Source: Dictyostelium discoideum
Lineage: Eukaryota
Reading direction: 5' to 3'
Assembly (NCBI GenBank): GCA_000004695.1
Contig: CM000154.2
Location: forward strand, 32,001 to 96,000
DNA: 64,000 nt
A program made the translations under genes and the position numbers. This document shows, piece by piece, positions 42,321 to 59,905 of the stretch. The notes under the pieces are model-generated. The model ran no database searches and was not told the DNA's origin. It saw nothing but the letters and a program-made list of their open reading frames with translations. Every line of letters begins with the position of its first letter. Positions within the stretch are counted from its first letter, which is position 1.

Positions 42321-44726
42321 TTATTTAATTGATTTTAAAATTGATAAATTTAAAGGAATATAAATTAATGATAAAAATGGGAATAAGAGTGTTGAGTATT
42401 GGTCATATTGTTTAATAATTGTTAATAAAAATATGAAAACATTTTGATCATTTAAAATGTAATGACTGAATAAATATAAAATAACTGGTGGTGAAAATAA
42501 TAATAACAAAGAATAAACTATTAATTTCTTAATTGTTAAAATTAATTTTCTAATTATATTATTAATATTAATATTATTTAAATTATTATTTATATTATTA
42601 TTATCATCTAAATTATTATTATTATTATTAATATTATTTGTAATTTGAGAAATAAAACAAAGTGGTATTGATAAAATTGAAGCAAAAGTACAAAATGAAA
42701 AATTTAATAATGACATTGTTGTAATGAAAATTAAAATTGGTAAATTACTAAAAACAAAAAAACTATTTGAACCACTCTTTAAATGATTTCTATTACTATT
42801 TGTAATAATTTGAGAATAATCGTTATTATTATTATTATTATTATTATCATCTGCTGCTGCTGTTGCTGATTTTGATTCTTTAAAAGTTTTAATTGGTTCA
42901 TTCTTTGGATAAAACATTTTATCTAAAATTGGTAAAACTATTAAAAATAAAATAAAATATGAAAAGCCAAAAATACCAAATAATCCAATAATTTCAAACT
43001 AAAATAAAATAAAATAAAATAAAAATAAATAATTAATAATTATTATCTTTTTTTTTTTTTTTTTTTTTTAAAAAAAAAATAAATTATATATATTTACATT
43101 TGATAAATAATTTAAAATTATTGAAGTTGCATTTGTAAAAGTTTGAGGTAATGAAAATAATGAAATACCAATTAATTGAAATAAAGCTACAATAGTTATA
43201 GAGTAAACAATATCTTTTGGTGTATCTAAACATTCAAATGTACCTAATTCTTCAAATAAATTCTTTTTCTTTTTCAAAGCTGCTGTTGTTTCAGTTGTGG
43301 TGGTGGTTGAAGTTGTAGTAGTTTTAGTTGATTTTGGTGTGAAAATAGTTGGAGAAGTGAAAATATTTGAAAGTGAAATTAATAAATAAATTACACCAAA
43401 TGCAAGAGGTGATATGATTAATCCGATTGAAATCATATATTCACCAATTGAAATATAATGAAATGGTGATGGTAATAGATAGTAATAAAAGGATTGATGT
43501 AATTTCTCCAAAAGATTATTTAATGATCTAATCGTACCAATTAATACTCTTGCACCCATAGTTGAACTAACACCTGATACACCCAATGTGATGGCATCAA
43601 TATGATATTTATTGAATAGACCATGATCACCAGTTGGTATACCAATTGCTTGATTTAACATGAAACGTGCCAATGTTCTATGTTCAGCTGGTATGAAAAG
43701 TAATTCATCATTTTTATTCATAGAGGATGGTGATAATAACATACTCTTTGAATAACCTTCCCTCTTTGCTAATCTACCAACAGTATTAATTAAATCAAGA
43801 TTTGGTAATTGACCATTCGATCCTTCTGCCAATACATAAACATGATCACTTTGATATTTTTTATTTGATACTTCAATATTAATTGCTGCTTGAATTGCAC
43901 CTGCTCTTGGGAAATAATTATTATTTATAAAATCATTATTATTATCATTGTTATTATTATTATTATTATTAATATCTTTAGAAATCATAGTTGAATCATG
44001 ATAATCATGTAACCAACTCTTTAAACCAATATTATTATCACTTGAAGATTGTTCTAAAAATGTATCAGAAATTACTAATATTAAATCTTTTGCTAACCAA
44101 ATATTACCTTTCTTATGTAAATATTGCATAATGGTTAAAGCAACACCAACTGATGATTCAGTACTTGATGATGATGATGATGATGATGATGTTGTAGCTG
44201 TTGATGATGATGATTCATCTGATGAATTAAATGAAGTTGATAATACAATTGATTCTCTTCCATCGGATTTTGGTGCTCTTAATACTGAATAAACATTATA
44301 TCCTTGTCGTTTAATTTGATTACTATTATTGAAAGTATTATTTGTTGCTGTTGTTGATGATGATAATGGTATATTATATCTATGAATATATGATTCAATA
44401 CCAATATCTTTTAATTGTTCAATTAACCATTGAGAACATGATTTTGATCTTTCGTATGGATCAATCTTTACTTTTTTACCATGTAAACTTTGATGAAGTT
44501 TATTATATCTTGCTAGATGATTTTGAAATCCATTTGAAAATTGATGAACTTTTGAGCCATCACTATAATCGAATGTGACCCTTGCTGTACCTGGCATCAA
44601 TGCATTCTCTGACATATAGGTATTATGTGCATTCTTTGGATAATAATATATAGATACTATACCTCCAATATATAATAATATACTTTTATAATTTAATAAT
44701 AAAAATATTAGAAATGAGAATAACAA
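42321..44726 (-). CDS. GPI-anchor transamidase component Gaa1/GPAA1 homologue, at least 2 exons (about 43068..44726, about 42321..42999)
   Basis: Luminal domain with the Gaa1 hallmark 'YMSENALMPG' and downstream conserved blocks. Exon 1 ends '...YLSN|GTAAAT'. Exon 2 begins after TTTAG with 'FEIIGLFGIFGFSYFILFL...' and carries the multi-TM C-terminal half. Confidence 0.75.
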
Positions 44727-44862
44727 ATATATGTTTGTGTAAAGTTGATTACATACCCAAGTAAATATATGATTTTAGTTTTTTTAATCATAATAATATT
44801 ATAATATAGGATAAAAAAAAAAAAAAAAATAAAATAAATAAAATTTATCCTTTGTCAAATTG

Positions 44863-44893
<31 letters not shown>

Positions 44894-45215
44894 TAAAATT
44901 AAAAAAAAAAAAATTAAATTAATTTTTTTTTTTTTTTTTTTTTTAATTTTAATTTTTTTTTTTTTTTTTTTTTTTTGTTCTAAAATTGATGTTCACAAGA
45001 ATAAACAATTGACTTTTTTTAAAGCCAAACAAAACTAAATATCTCAAGAATGGTATAATATGGTAAAAAAATTAGAGAATTAAATAAAAAAAAAAAAAGT
45101 AACATTTTATTTAACAATTTTAAGTTTAAGATACCAAGATTTATTTTTTTTTTTTAAAAATAAAAAATTTAAAAAAAATAGATTCTAAAAAAAAAAAAAT
45201 TTTAGATTTCTCAAA

Positions 45216-45249
<34 letters not shown>

Positions 45250-45604
45250 GGATCTAAAAAATAAAAGCTATTGAATTTGCTGTTCGTTCTATTCTTGTTT
45301 CTTTTCATTCTTTGCAGGCTTTTTAATTTTTTTTTTTGGTTTTGGAAATTTTTTAAAAAAAAAGAAACAAAAAAAATAAAATAATAATTTTTTTTTTAAT
45401 TTTAGTTTGAAACTAAATATCTTTTTTTCAAATAAAAAACGCAAAAAGCTTGTCACTTTTTTTACAATTTTATTTTTTTTTATTTTTTTTTATTTTTTTT
45501 ATAATATTTTTTTTTTTATAAAAAAACCCAAAAAACAAAAAAAAAAAAAAATAAAACAAATCAATAAAATAAAAAAAAAAAAAAAAAAAAAAAAAGGTAC
45601 ATAA

Positions 45605-48600
45605 ATGTATCCTCGATTTGTTTTATTTCTGTTTATAGTTTTTAATTTTTATTATATAATTTTTGCAGATGATCCTAAAAGTAAAATTTTTTTTTTCCCC
45701 CACTACACACTTAAATCTCAAAAAAAAAAAAAAAAAAAAAAAAAATAAATATCTAATTCTGTTTAAATTATACAGTACCAAAAATTATATCATCAAAACT
45801 TTTAGGTAATGGATCATATTCAAATTCACCAACGCAATGTTTACAAAGGGTTTATGAACTTGTTGAAAAAAATGGTTACAGTATTGTGGCAACACAAGAT
45901 TATTCAATTGTTACAGAAAATTCAACACATTCCCTTTTACTAGCCTCATATTTTTCAAATGTTGATACTACTGGTGTTTACTGTGATTTAGTTTTAAATA
46001 GAAATAATGTAGATCAAATAACCTTAAAGAGTTTATTTCCAATTGACTGTTCAGGTATTTAAAATATATTTTTATTATTATTTTTTTTTTTTTTCTTTAA
46101 TTATTTATATTATTTATTTAATTATTTTATTTATTAATATTTTATTATTTAAACAAATTGAATATTTTTTTTAAAAAAAAAAAAAAAAAAAGGACCACCA
46201 CATCCATTACAATTTAATATTAATGGTACAAAATTTATTATTTCATTTAGTGGTGGTATTGGAAGTAGTTCATTAAGTTTTAAAATTTTTGGGTTAAAAA
46301 AAGATTTACTATCAATTTCATGTAGAGTCTTAGAAGGACCATTTATGTGTGATTTTTCAGTTGATGATTTAAGAAATGCTATATTTAAAGTAGTGATTTA
46401 TCATGATGTTAATTCAAGATCAAAATCAACGATAACTAAATTTGCATTAGTGGATTCTTTATCAAGATCATCAGAGTTTAGTTTGGACATTTTAAGTGAT
46501 TATCATTATGTTACCGATTCTAATGATATTTTAAACTACCAAGTATATCCATTACCACCAACTGGTTCAGAGTATTTATCAATTCCAACAAATATTATAA
46601 AAACTGTTGGATCATTTTCATCAAAGAGACCAAATATAATGTCATCGATTGGTTCTGTAGTATTTTTCGTATACAATTTCGATGGTAATTTATATAATTA
46701 TATATCAAAGTTTCCGTCTCTTAATTATGGTCTTACAGGAACCTATGAATTTGGTGTATATGGTAGTTTGGAAAAAAATGTGATCACACGAAAAAGATTA
46801 CCAAACTCTTTACCAACTTGTATTGGGGAAACCATTGAATTCCTTATCATTGATAGCGCCACTAATTCATCTATGATTGAATTCCAATGTCAATCCAATC
46901 AAGCATCACCACCAAATTTTGTAGATACAATTTCCATTTATCCAAATCTAGTTTACTTTTCTTCACCTTATGGAATGGGTGAGGGAAATGAAAAAGATTA
47001 TAAATTTAAGTTATCAACATTGGTACCAAAATATTCAACACGTATCAGTGGAGCTTTTTTACTTTCAAGCAAAACATTTTTTCCAATGGGTATACCACCA
47101 AGAGATAATACATTACCAATTGATACAAAACCACCATCAATAGAGTCTGTAGAATATATTCGACTACCAAATTCAGTAATTATTATTAGAGTTCATATTA
47201 AAGATGATATATCAGGTTTTAAGAAAATGTTACTTGGTAATTCATTGATTGGAGTATCGGATTTAGTATCGGGTGATTTAAATGATGGTTATTATGAAGC
47301 TCAATTAACAATTCGTACATATCCTCAAGTTTCAGTACAATTATTCGATAGGGTTGGTAATGAATTTAATCCAAATTCAGATTTTGCAAATCCTTTCATT
47401 GGTATGGATTATCAATTCCCAAGTGAGCCATCATTAATTTCGACTTTTCTCGATATTAATACATTTTATTTCGATAAGAATGATATTGATCTTAGTAATT
47501 TTGGTTCAGTTGTAACGGTTTATATAAATTATGAAAATTCATCACCAGAACAAGTGCCATTCTTTGTAGTATTATTAACAGGTGAATGGTTAATAAATAA
47601 AGACATAACGCAATATCCAATGTCATGGGATTCAAATTTAAAAACTTTTAAAAAAAAGTTTTATTTACCACCAAGATTAAATACTGGCAATATTGAATAT
47701 CAATTATTTGTTTCACCATTAAATATTGGTAGGGAAACACTTTATTCTAAATTTGGTAAAGCTGCTTTGCTTAGAGTAAAATCAACTCTATCAGATGAAA
47801 TGCCACCAATTGTAAGTAAAGCTTATTTCAATGTTAACTCTCTAACATTGAATAAAGGTGATAGTGTTTTGGTTTCATTATTCTTAGAAATCGATGATCC
47901 AATCAATGGTTTAAAGAATGGTTCATTATCAATCTCTTCAGATTTCGATTCAATCAATGGTTATCATTTTCAATTTGATCCAACAAGTTCAATCAATAGA
48001 AGTCCATACTATGGTATCTATCAATTTTCATTCAAATTAACTGGTAATTGTAGAAGTCAAATCTTTTCAATTCAATCATTAGAGTTAATAGATAGATCCG
48101 ATCATTTCTCTACAACGATCAATGCTTATTCGTTGAGTCCATTATTTAAAATTAATGATTTACCAACTTTAAATGTAACTTGTAATAATCCATTAGATAG
48201 TGTACCACCATTCATTCATTCATTAACTCTCTCAAGATCATCAATTGGTACCAATAGTACTAATAGAGGTATTGTTATTGATTTAGTTATAAATGATACA
48301 GACTCTGGTGTTTCTCAAAAACATATACCATTTATTTATTTCGATGATTCTGAAAGTAATCAATTCATTGCTAGACCAATTATAATCCCAGAGAAATCCA
48401 CATCAAATTCAGTTCATTTTAGATTAGAAACAACTTTACCCTTTAAAATGGGTGCTGATACTGGTACTTTTATTTCAGTTTATGGTATCTATGATAATCA
48501 TTTAAATATTAATGGTTACTCAAGTTCAGATTTATTAAATATTAGTATTCAATCAATTATTGAAACTCAATTACCAGAAACACCAATTTTAGAATCTTAC

Positions 48601-49350
48601 TCAAGTGTTTTAATGTCTGGTTCAAGTTTTTTCGTTTATGGTAATAGATTAGGTACAGATTCTTCAATTGTAATTGTAATGATTGATTTCTTGGATGGAA
48701 ATGGTTATAAAGTTGTAAATTATGAATCTAGACTTGGTTCAGCTATTAAAGTTGGTTTTGTAACACCATATTTAAATGAGAAATCATTTTTCATTAAAGT
48801 TATCGTTGATTCAAATCAGTCCAATGAATTATTAGTTATACCAATTCCATTTTTAGAATCACCAAATTCTGAAGAAACTTTAAAAAACTATTGTGAAGGT
48901 ACTTGTGGTTATCCTGAAAGAGGTTATTGTCCAACCGATTTAAGTGGTTGTGTTTGTAATTCACCATTTAGTGGTAAAAGTTGTTCAGAAGTTTCAAGTG
49001 GTACAGAAATTAAACCAGGTGAAAAACCTGACATTATTTCAAATCATACAGATGGTGGTGGTGAAACTTTTTCTTATTCAATTGAAATTTTAGAATTAAT
49101 AGAATATGGTTTGATTGGTAATGTTGTAAATAGAATTAAATTTGATAAATGGACATTTAATAATTTATCAACAAGTGATTTACCACAATATGTTTATTCA
49201 ACAAATTTCATTTATAATTCAGTTTCAACCAATATAAATGTTTTTATTAAATATTTTAAAAAAAGAGATCAAGTTTATTTTGCAAATCGTTTATTGTAAA
49301 TATTTTCTTTTTAAAAAAAAATTAATATATATACAATAATAATATTTATT

Positions 49351-49389
<39 letters not shown>

Positions 49390-50107
49390 AATTAGGGATA
49401 TGGCAGAAGGAACAATTAAATATCAAGTTGAAATGAGTAATTATCAATTTGCATCACGTATAAATTCATTATCATTAGTAATGAGAACAACAATTAATTC
49501 TAATCAAGAGAATAGATGTGTTGTTAAAGCTCAAGGTAATTCATCAATTTCATCTGATTTTGTTCAAATTCAAGTTAATGGTATTTCAATTTTTGGAAAA
49601 TTAATTAAATTGGCAATTATTGATCAAAAAATTCAACAAGTATCAAATACAATATCACAAACTTTAGATGGTTATAGTGAATTAAAAACTGGTTCATATA
49701 TTCAAATTAATTTACCATATTATTCAAAATCAGTTTCATTAGATCCTGGTAAGTTTTCTAAAATTTAAAATAGAAAATAATAAAATAATAAAAATACTAA
49801 TTTTTTTTTTATTTTTTATTTTTTTTTATTTTTTTTTTTTAATCATTAACAAAATTTAGATTTTTCTGTTTTATTAAACCCTGATGCAAGAGATAAATGT
49901 ATTGAAGGTTCAAATGATGATTCTGGTTTAACACAATCTCAATTAGCTGGTATTATAGTTTCATGTGTATTTGCTGGTTGCGTTTTAATTTTTGTCATTT
50001 CATTAACACTTTATAAGAAATTCAAATATTCAACAATTATTATGAATATTAAAGAATTTAAAAGAGTAAAATTAATGAAAAAACAAAATGAAGTTTCAAT
50101 GTCATAA
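45605..50107 (+). CDS. large type I transmembrane glycoprotein (about 1340 aa) with signal peptide, repeated beta-rich extracellular modules, a Cys-rich EGF-like module and the conserved 'DFSVLL...TM' C-terminal exon; 5 exons: 45605..45680, 45776..46054, 46193..49295, 49396..49748, 49860..50107
   Basis: Exon 1 MYPRFVLFLFIVFNFYYIIFADDPK(A)|GTAAAA is a signal peptide. All junctions are in phase (phase 1, 1, 2, 1). EGF-like 'CEGTCGYPERGYCPTDLSGCVCNSPFSGKSCSEV'. The last exon 'DFSVLLNPDARDKCIEG...LAGIIVSCVFAGCVLIFVISLTLYKKFKYS...' gives a single TM helix plus a short tail. Confidence 0.7.
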
Positions 50108-50213
50108 AAAAAAAAAATAAAAAAAAAAAAACATATAATAATAAATAATAAATAATATATATTAAAAATGCGAATTTTAAAAATTTAAAGTAATAAAATA
50201 ATAATAATAATTT

Positions 50214-51227
50214 TTATTGTTTTAATTTTGGATTAAAATTTTTAGAATTAATTAAGTAATTTACACAATCAGTTAAAGTAGTTTTGAGATCAATATATGG
50301 TTCAGTTAATTTTAATGGTGAAATTGAAGTTAATTTATGTTGGTGAACTTGAATTGAGGGATCAATTGGTGTTGGATCGATTTGATATTGTGGGAAAATT
50401 TCTTTAACTAATTCACCCATACCAGCAAAAGAAATTACAGTATTTGCCATTAGGTATCTTTTATGATCGAAATTTTCAGTGGATTTCAATGCTTTGATAT
50501 GAGCTTTTACAACATCACGAATATCAATTAAACCAACCATTCTATTGGTCACCACTTTATCACCAATGTTCATTAGAGAATTTCTAAAAGTTGTTAAACT
50601 TGTATTTAAACTTGGATAGCCTTCAACTGGTGGACCTAATACAAAGGCAGGATTAATGATGATAATTTCAAATGATTTAACTTTATCGGCATTATTCTCC
50701 TTATAGGACCATGTTGCTTTCTCTGCTAAATATTTACTATAACTATATGGATTGGAAATGTTTGAACTATCATTCCAATCAGATTCATCATATTGTTCTT
50801 TCTTTTTCTCTAAATCAATTATTGCAGCAGTCGATGATGTAATAATCACCTTTTTAATAGTTGATTGGTGACGTGATGCAGCTTCCAATACTCTTAAATT
50901 ACCTTGGATTGCTGGCTCAATGATATCACGTTGTGCATTGTCTGCTTTATAGACATAAGGTGATGCAACATGTAAAATACCTGTTGCACCTGCGAATATA
51001 CTATCATAATCGGCATTTTGAAGGTCACCACTTTCGATCTCTAATTTCTTTTCTGCATTCTTTAATTCTAAAAGGAATTTATGTTTATCAACATTACTTT
51101 TATCCCTAACAATTGCAACGACCTTTTCAATTTCATCATCTAATAATAATTCTTTAATAATTGCTGATGCTATATAACCAGTTGCACCTGTAACTACAAT
51201 TTTATTATTTTTTAAATGTTCAGCCAT
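50214..51227 (-). CDS. NAD(P)-dependent epimerase/dehydratase-family (extended SDR) reductase, cinnamoyl-CoA / dihydroflavonol reductase-like; single exon
   Basis: N-terminal Rossmann motif 'VTGATGYIASAII', catalytic 'YSYSKYLAEK' (YxxxK), 337 aa. Confidence 0.75.
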   Translation of the reverse strand: MAEHLKNNKIVVTGATGYIASAIIKELLLDDEIEKVVAIVRDKSNVDKHKFLLELKNAEKKLEIESGDLQNADYDSIFAGATGILHVASPYVYKADNAQRDIIEPAIQGNLRVLEAASRHQSTIKKVIITSSTAAIIDLEKKKEQYDESDWNDSSNISNPYSYSKYLAEKATWSYKENNADKVKSFEIIIINPAFVLGPPVEGYPSLNTSLTTFRNSLMNIGDKVVTNRMVGLIDIRDVVKAHIKALKSTENFDHKRYLMANTVISFAGMGELVKEIFPQYQIDPTPIDPSIQVHQHKLTSISPLKLTEPYIDLKTTLTDCVNYLINSKNFNPKLKQ

Positions 51228-51241
51228 TTTTTTTTATTTAC

Positions 51242-51272
<31 letters not shown>

Positions 51273-51310
51273 CTAATACTAAAATCAAAATGAAAATGAA
51301 AAAGAAAAAA

Positions 51311-51352
<42 letters not shown>

Positions 51353-51425
51353 GTCAAAATTAAATTTTCTGGAAGCATGCTTCAGAACTAAAAAGATATT
51401 TATTTATACAAGGGGTTTATGTGGT

Positions 51426-51457
<32 letters not shown>

Positions 51458-51474
51458 CTATTTTAATATTGTTT

Positions 51475-51895
51475 TATTCAGGTTTTTCGATTAAATGACT
51501 AAGGTTCCATTCTTTAAGTTTATCCTGTACAAAAAAAAAAAAAAAAAGAAAATAGAAAATTAATGATTAATAATTATGTGGTGTAAATTTTTTTTTTTTT
51601 TGCACAATTTTGATCTTAAATTTTAATAAATGAAAAAAAAAAAAAAAAAAAGATAAAAAAAAAAAAAAAAATATTATTATAATATATAAACCATAAATAC
51701 CTTAATGCAAACTTGATATTCTTCCCATTCTTCAACACATTCCATTGTCGCATTTCCTTTTAAAAATGCAGTTGTATACCATTTATTAAAACATGCATCA
51801 TGTCTTTCTTTTAATTCTTTACATAAAGTTGGATCCAACATTGGGTGTTTCTTTTCTTTATTATCTTTATTATCTTTATTATCTTTGTTTGACAT
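51475..51895 (-). CDS. TRIAP1/Mdm35-family twin Cx9C protein (intermembrane-space lipid-transfer cofactor), 2 exons: 51701..51895 and about 51475..51524
   Basis: Exon 1 '...CKELKERHDAC FNKWYTTAFLKGNATME CVEEWEEYQVC IK|GTATTT' has two Cx9C motifs and matches human TRIAP1 'CFNRWFAEKFLKG...C...YQQCVQK'. The small second exon after TTTGTACAG encodes DKLKEWNLSHLIEKPE*. Confidence 0.65.
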
Positions 51896-52159
51896 TTTAT
51901 TTCTATATTTATATATCTATATATTTCTCTGTTTGAATTGAAAGTAAACAATCTGAAAAAAAAAAAAAAAAAAAATTAAAAAATAAAAAAAAAAAATTTT
52001 AAAAATAAAAAAAAAAAAAAAAAAAACTAGAAAAACGAAAGATTACATGTCTTTTTTTTTTATTTTATTTTATTTTTTATTTATTTTTTAATTTTCATAT
52101 GAAATTTTTTATTTTTAGATTTTTTTTTTCTTTTTTTTTTTTTTTTTTTTTTTCCAGAT

Positions 52160-52485
52160 TTATAAATTTGAATTTGGAATTTTAAAATTATGATAATAAA
52201 CCCTTTCATTAATTGGTGTAAAAGGGATAGGATCAGAACCAGTGTAAATTAAAGATGGTAATGAGTTTTTAGATTGACAACGTTGTTCAATAATATTTGC
52301 CATCCAACCAGTTGTACGAGCTATAACAGAGATTGCAGAAAATAAAAGTGTTGGTATATTTGATTGATGGAATACTGTTGCATTGTAAAAGTCAACATTT
52401 GCATGTACCTTTAAAACATCAAACATTATCTCTTCAACACGTTCTGATATTGTTTGTAATGAATTATCATCATCATCATCTTCAC

Positions 52486-52558
<73 letters not shown>

Positions 52559-53401
52559 TTTATTTATGATTGATAATTGTTTTGACCATTCTTTAATTAT
52601 TGGTGTTCTTTGATCAAATTCATTTGAAAATCCAATGATTCTTTGATTATTGTTTATCATTTTCATTATTTTCTTATCAGCATCTTCAGGTGATTTCATT
52701 GGTTGTAATAGATACATTACAGCTTCACTACTACCACCATCATCTAATACGCCTTTCATAGTACCAATTGATGATCCAATACAACTATAAACATCTGAAC
52801 CTGTTGATGCACTTAGTCTACATGAAAATGTTGATGCTGTTTCAATACCATGCTCAGCATACAATATTAATGATACATCTAATGCTTTAACATATTCTAA
52901 AATTGGTTCTTCATCTTGTTCTGTAGTGAATTTGTTATTATTATTGATATTGTTATTGTTACCTCTATTTAATAATTTTAAAAAATGTCTTGCAAAACTA
53001 TCATTTACTTCAGTTAGGGTATTAATTCTAATACCATTTGATGAAAAATGATACCAATAGAATAGAATAGATGGAAATGAACCAATTAATCTATTACTAA
53101 TTCTATAAATATCATTTTGTTTTGATTCTGGTGAAATCGTAGAGTAGAATGAACATGCTGTCTTTAAAACATCGATTGGATGTGCATAAATTGGTATCCT
53201 CTCTAATACTTGTTTTAATGATTCTGGTATATATCGATAATGTTGTAATTCACTACGATATTCTATTAACTCCCTCTCTGTTGGTAATTCACCATAAATT
53301 AATAAAAATGATACTTCTTCAAAACTTGATACTGCTGTTAAATCTATATTTATATATATAATTTTTTTTTTTTTTTTTGAGAAATTTTTTTTTTTTTTGG
53401 G

Positions 53402-53440
<39 letters not shown>

Positions 53441-53529
53441 ATAATAATAATAACGTTACCTTTTATATCATATCCTCGATAGTAAATACTATCTTCATTT
53501 ACCAAACATATTTTAGATTCATTTGACAT
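52160..53529 (-). CDS. citrate synthase-family protein (about 417 aa) with poly-Asn insertion and apparently non-canonical active-site motifs; 2 exons: 53460..53529 and 52160..53343
   Basis: Exon 1 MSNESKICLVNEDSIYYRGYDIK(G)|GTAACG. Exon 2 begins after TATAG with DLTAVSSFEEVSFLLIYGELPTERELIEY..., continuing '...ILYAEHGIETASTFSCRLSASTGSDVYSCIGSSIGTMKGVLDDGGSSEAV...IIGFSNEFDQRTPIIK...ARTTGWMANIIEQ...'. The overall fold is clearly citrate synthase; see findings for the substitutions. Confidence 0.75.
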
Positions 53530-53685
53530 TTTATTCTTTAATATGGATAAAATAATAAAAATATAAAAAATTCTAATAAAAAAAAAAAAAAAAAAAAAAA
53601 ATAAAAATAGTGTGTGGTATTTTTATTTTTATTTTTTTTATTATTATGTATACAATGAATTATTAAATAAAATTCTTTAAAAAGA

Positions 53686-53721
<36 letters not shown>

Positions 53722-53935
53722 AATTAATTTTTGATGTTCAATTTTTATAAAAAAAATTTAAAAAAAAAAAAAAACTTAAAAAAAATGTATAGAAATATAA
53801 AATTAAAAATTATAAAACAAAAGATGCAAATCATTATCATTATCATCTAAACAATACTTATTTTTTTTTGGTTTTTTTTTTTTTTTTTAAAAACCATTGT
53901 TTAGGCGATCCAAATTTTCAAATTTTCAAAAAAGG

Positions 53936-53973
<38 letters not shown>

Positions 53974-54246
53974 AAAAATAAAATTAAAAATTAAAAAAAT
54001 AATTGTCACCTCCAAAAAAAAAAAAAAAAAAATAAAATAAAAAAAAAAAATAAAAAGATATTTTTTTTTTTTCTATTTTTTTTTTTTAATCATATAAACA
54101 TCGGCAAAATTGTATATACCCACACAAATTAAAAAATAATAATAAAATTTTTTTATTTTTTTTAAAAAAAAAAAAAAATATAAATAAACACATACATTAT
54201 AAAAACTTTTTTTTTTAAAAAACTCAACATCACATGATACTATGTC

Positions 54247-58903
<4,657 letters not shown>

Positions 58904-58930
58904 TCAATCAGTAGTAATTGTGTATTTATT

Positions 58931-58976
<46 letters not shown>

Positions 58977-59294
58977 AATTCCAAGACAAAAAAAAAAAAA
59001 TTATTTCCAAAAAAAAAAAAAAAACCTAAAATTAAAATTAAATTGGAACCTTTTTCTATGAATCTATTTATACTTGTATAAAAATAAATATAAAAAATTA
59101 AATTCTTTATTTGTATTGGGGTATTGTTTTTTTTTTTTTTGGGGGTAAAAAATAATTTATTAATTGTTGTTTACACTAACCCACACCAAGGAAAAAACGA
59201 AGTGAATATTGTTTTTTTATACTTCCCCAATTGTTTTGGGGGAAAATAATTGGGCTTCAAATAAATAAAAATATAAAAAAATAAAAAAGAAATG

Positions 59295-59326
<32 letters not shown>

Positions 59327-59743
59327 AAAAAAATTAATTATATAAATAAATTTTATAAATTATTTAAATATATATATATAAATTTAAAAGTGTGTTTTTG
59401 AATGTTTCTTTTTATATGAAATTGACAATTTTAAAGAACAAAGGGGAACCATCTTTCCTATCGAAATTAGGAATTATTTTATCATTATCAATAACAATTA
59501 CAATTGGAGTTTTTGTTATATATGTATTTTTAAATTCAAAACACTCCAACAATTTCATTGCCATAATTTTAATTCTATTAATAATAATATATTTGGTTTC
59601 TTTAGTTGCTTCTTTGTTTATTTAATGTTTGTAATATTAAAAATAAATTTTTTAAATTTATTATTTTTAAATTTTTTTATTAATACTAAAAATAATTAAT
59701 TTTTAATAATAATTATTGTAAAAAGATTCTTAAAATAGAAATT

Positions 59744-59787
<44 letters not shown>

Positions 59788-59905
59788 AAATAAACTTTAT
59801 TATTGTTTAAGACTTTGACTCTTGAAGTAATTATTAAAATCCAAAAAAAAAAAAAAGTAAAATAATTTATTGTAAAAAGATTAGATTTTTTTTTTTTAAT
59901 AAATT

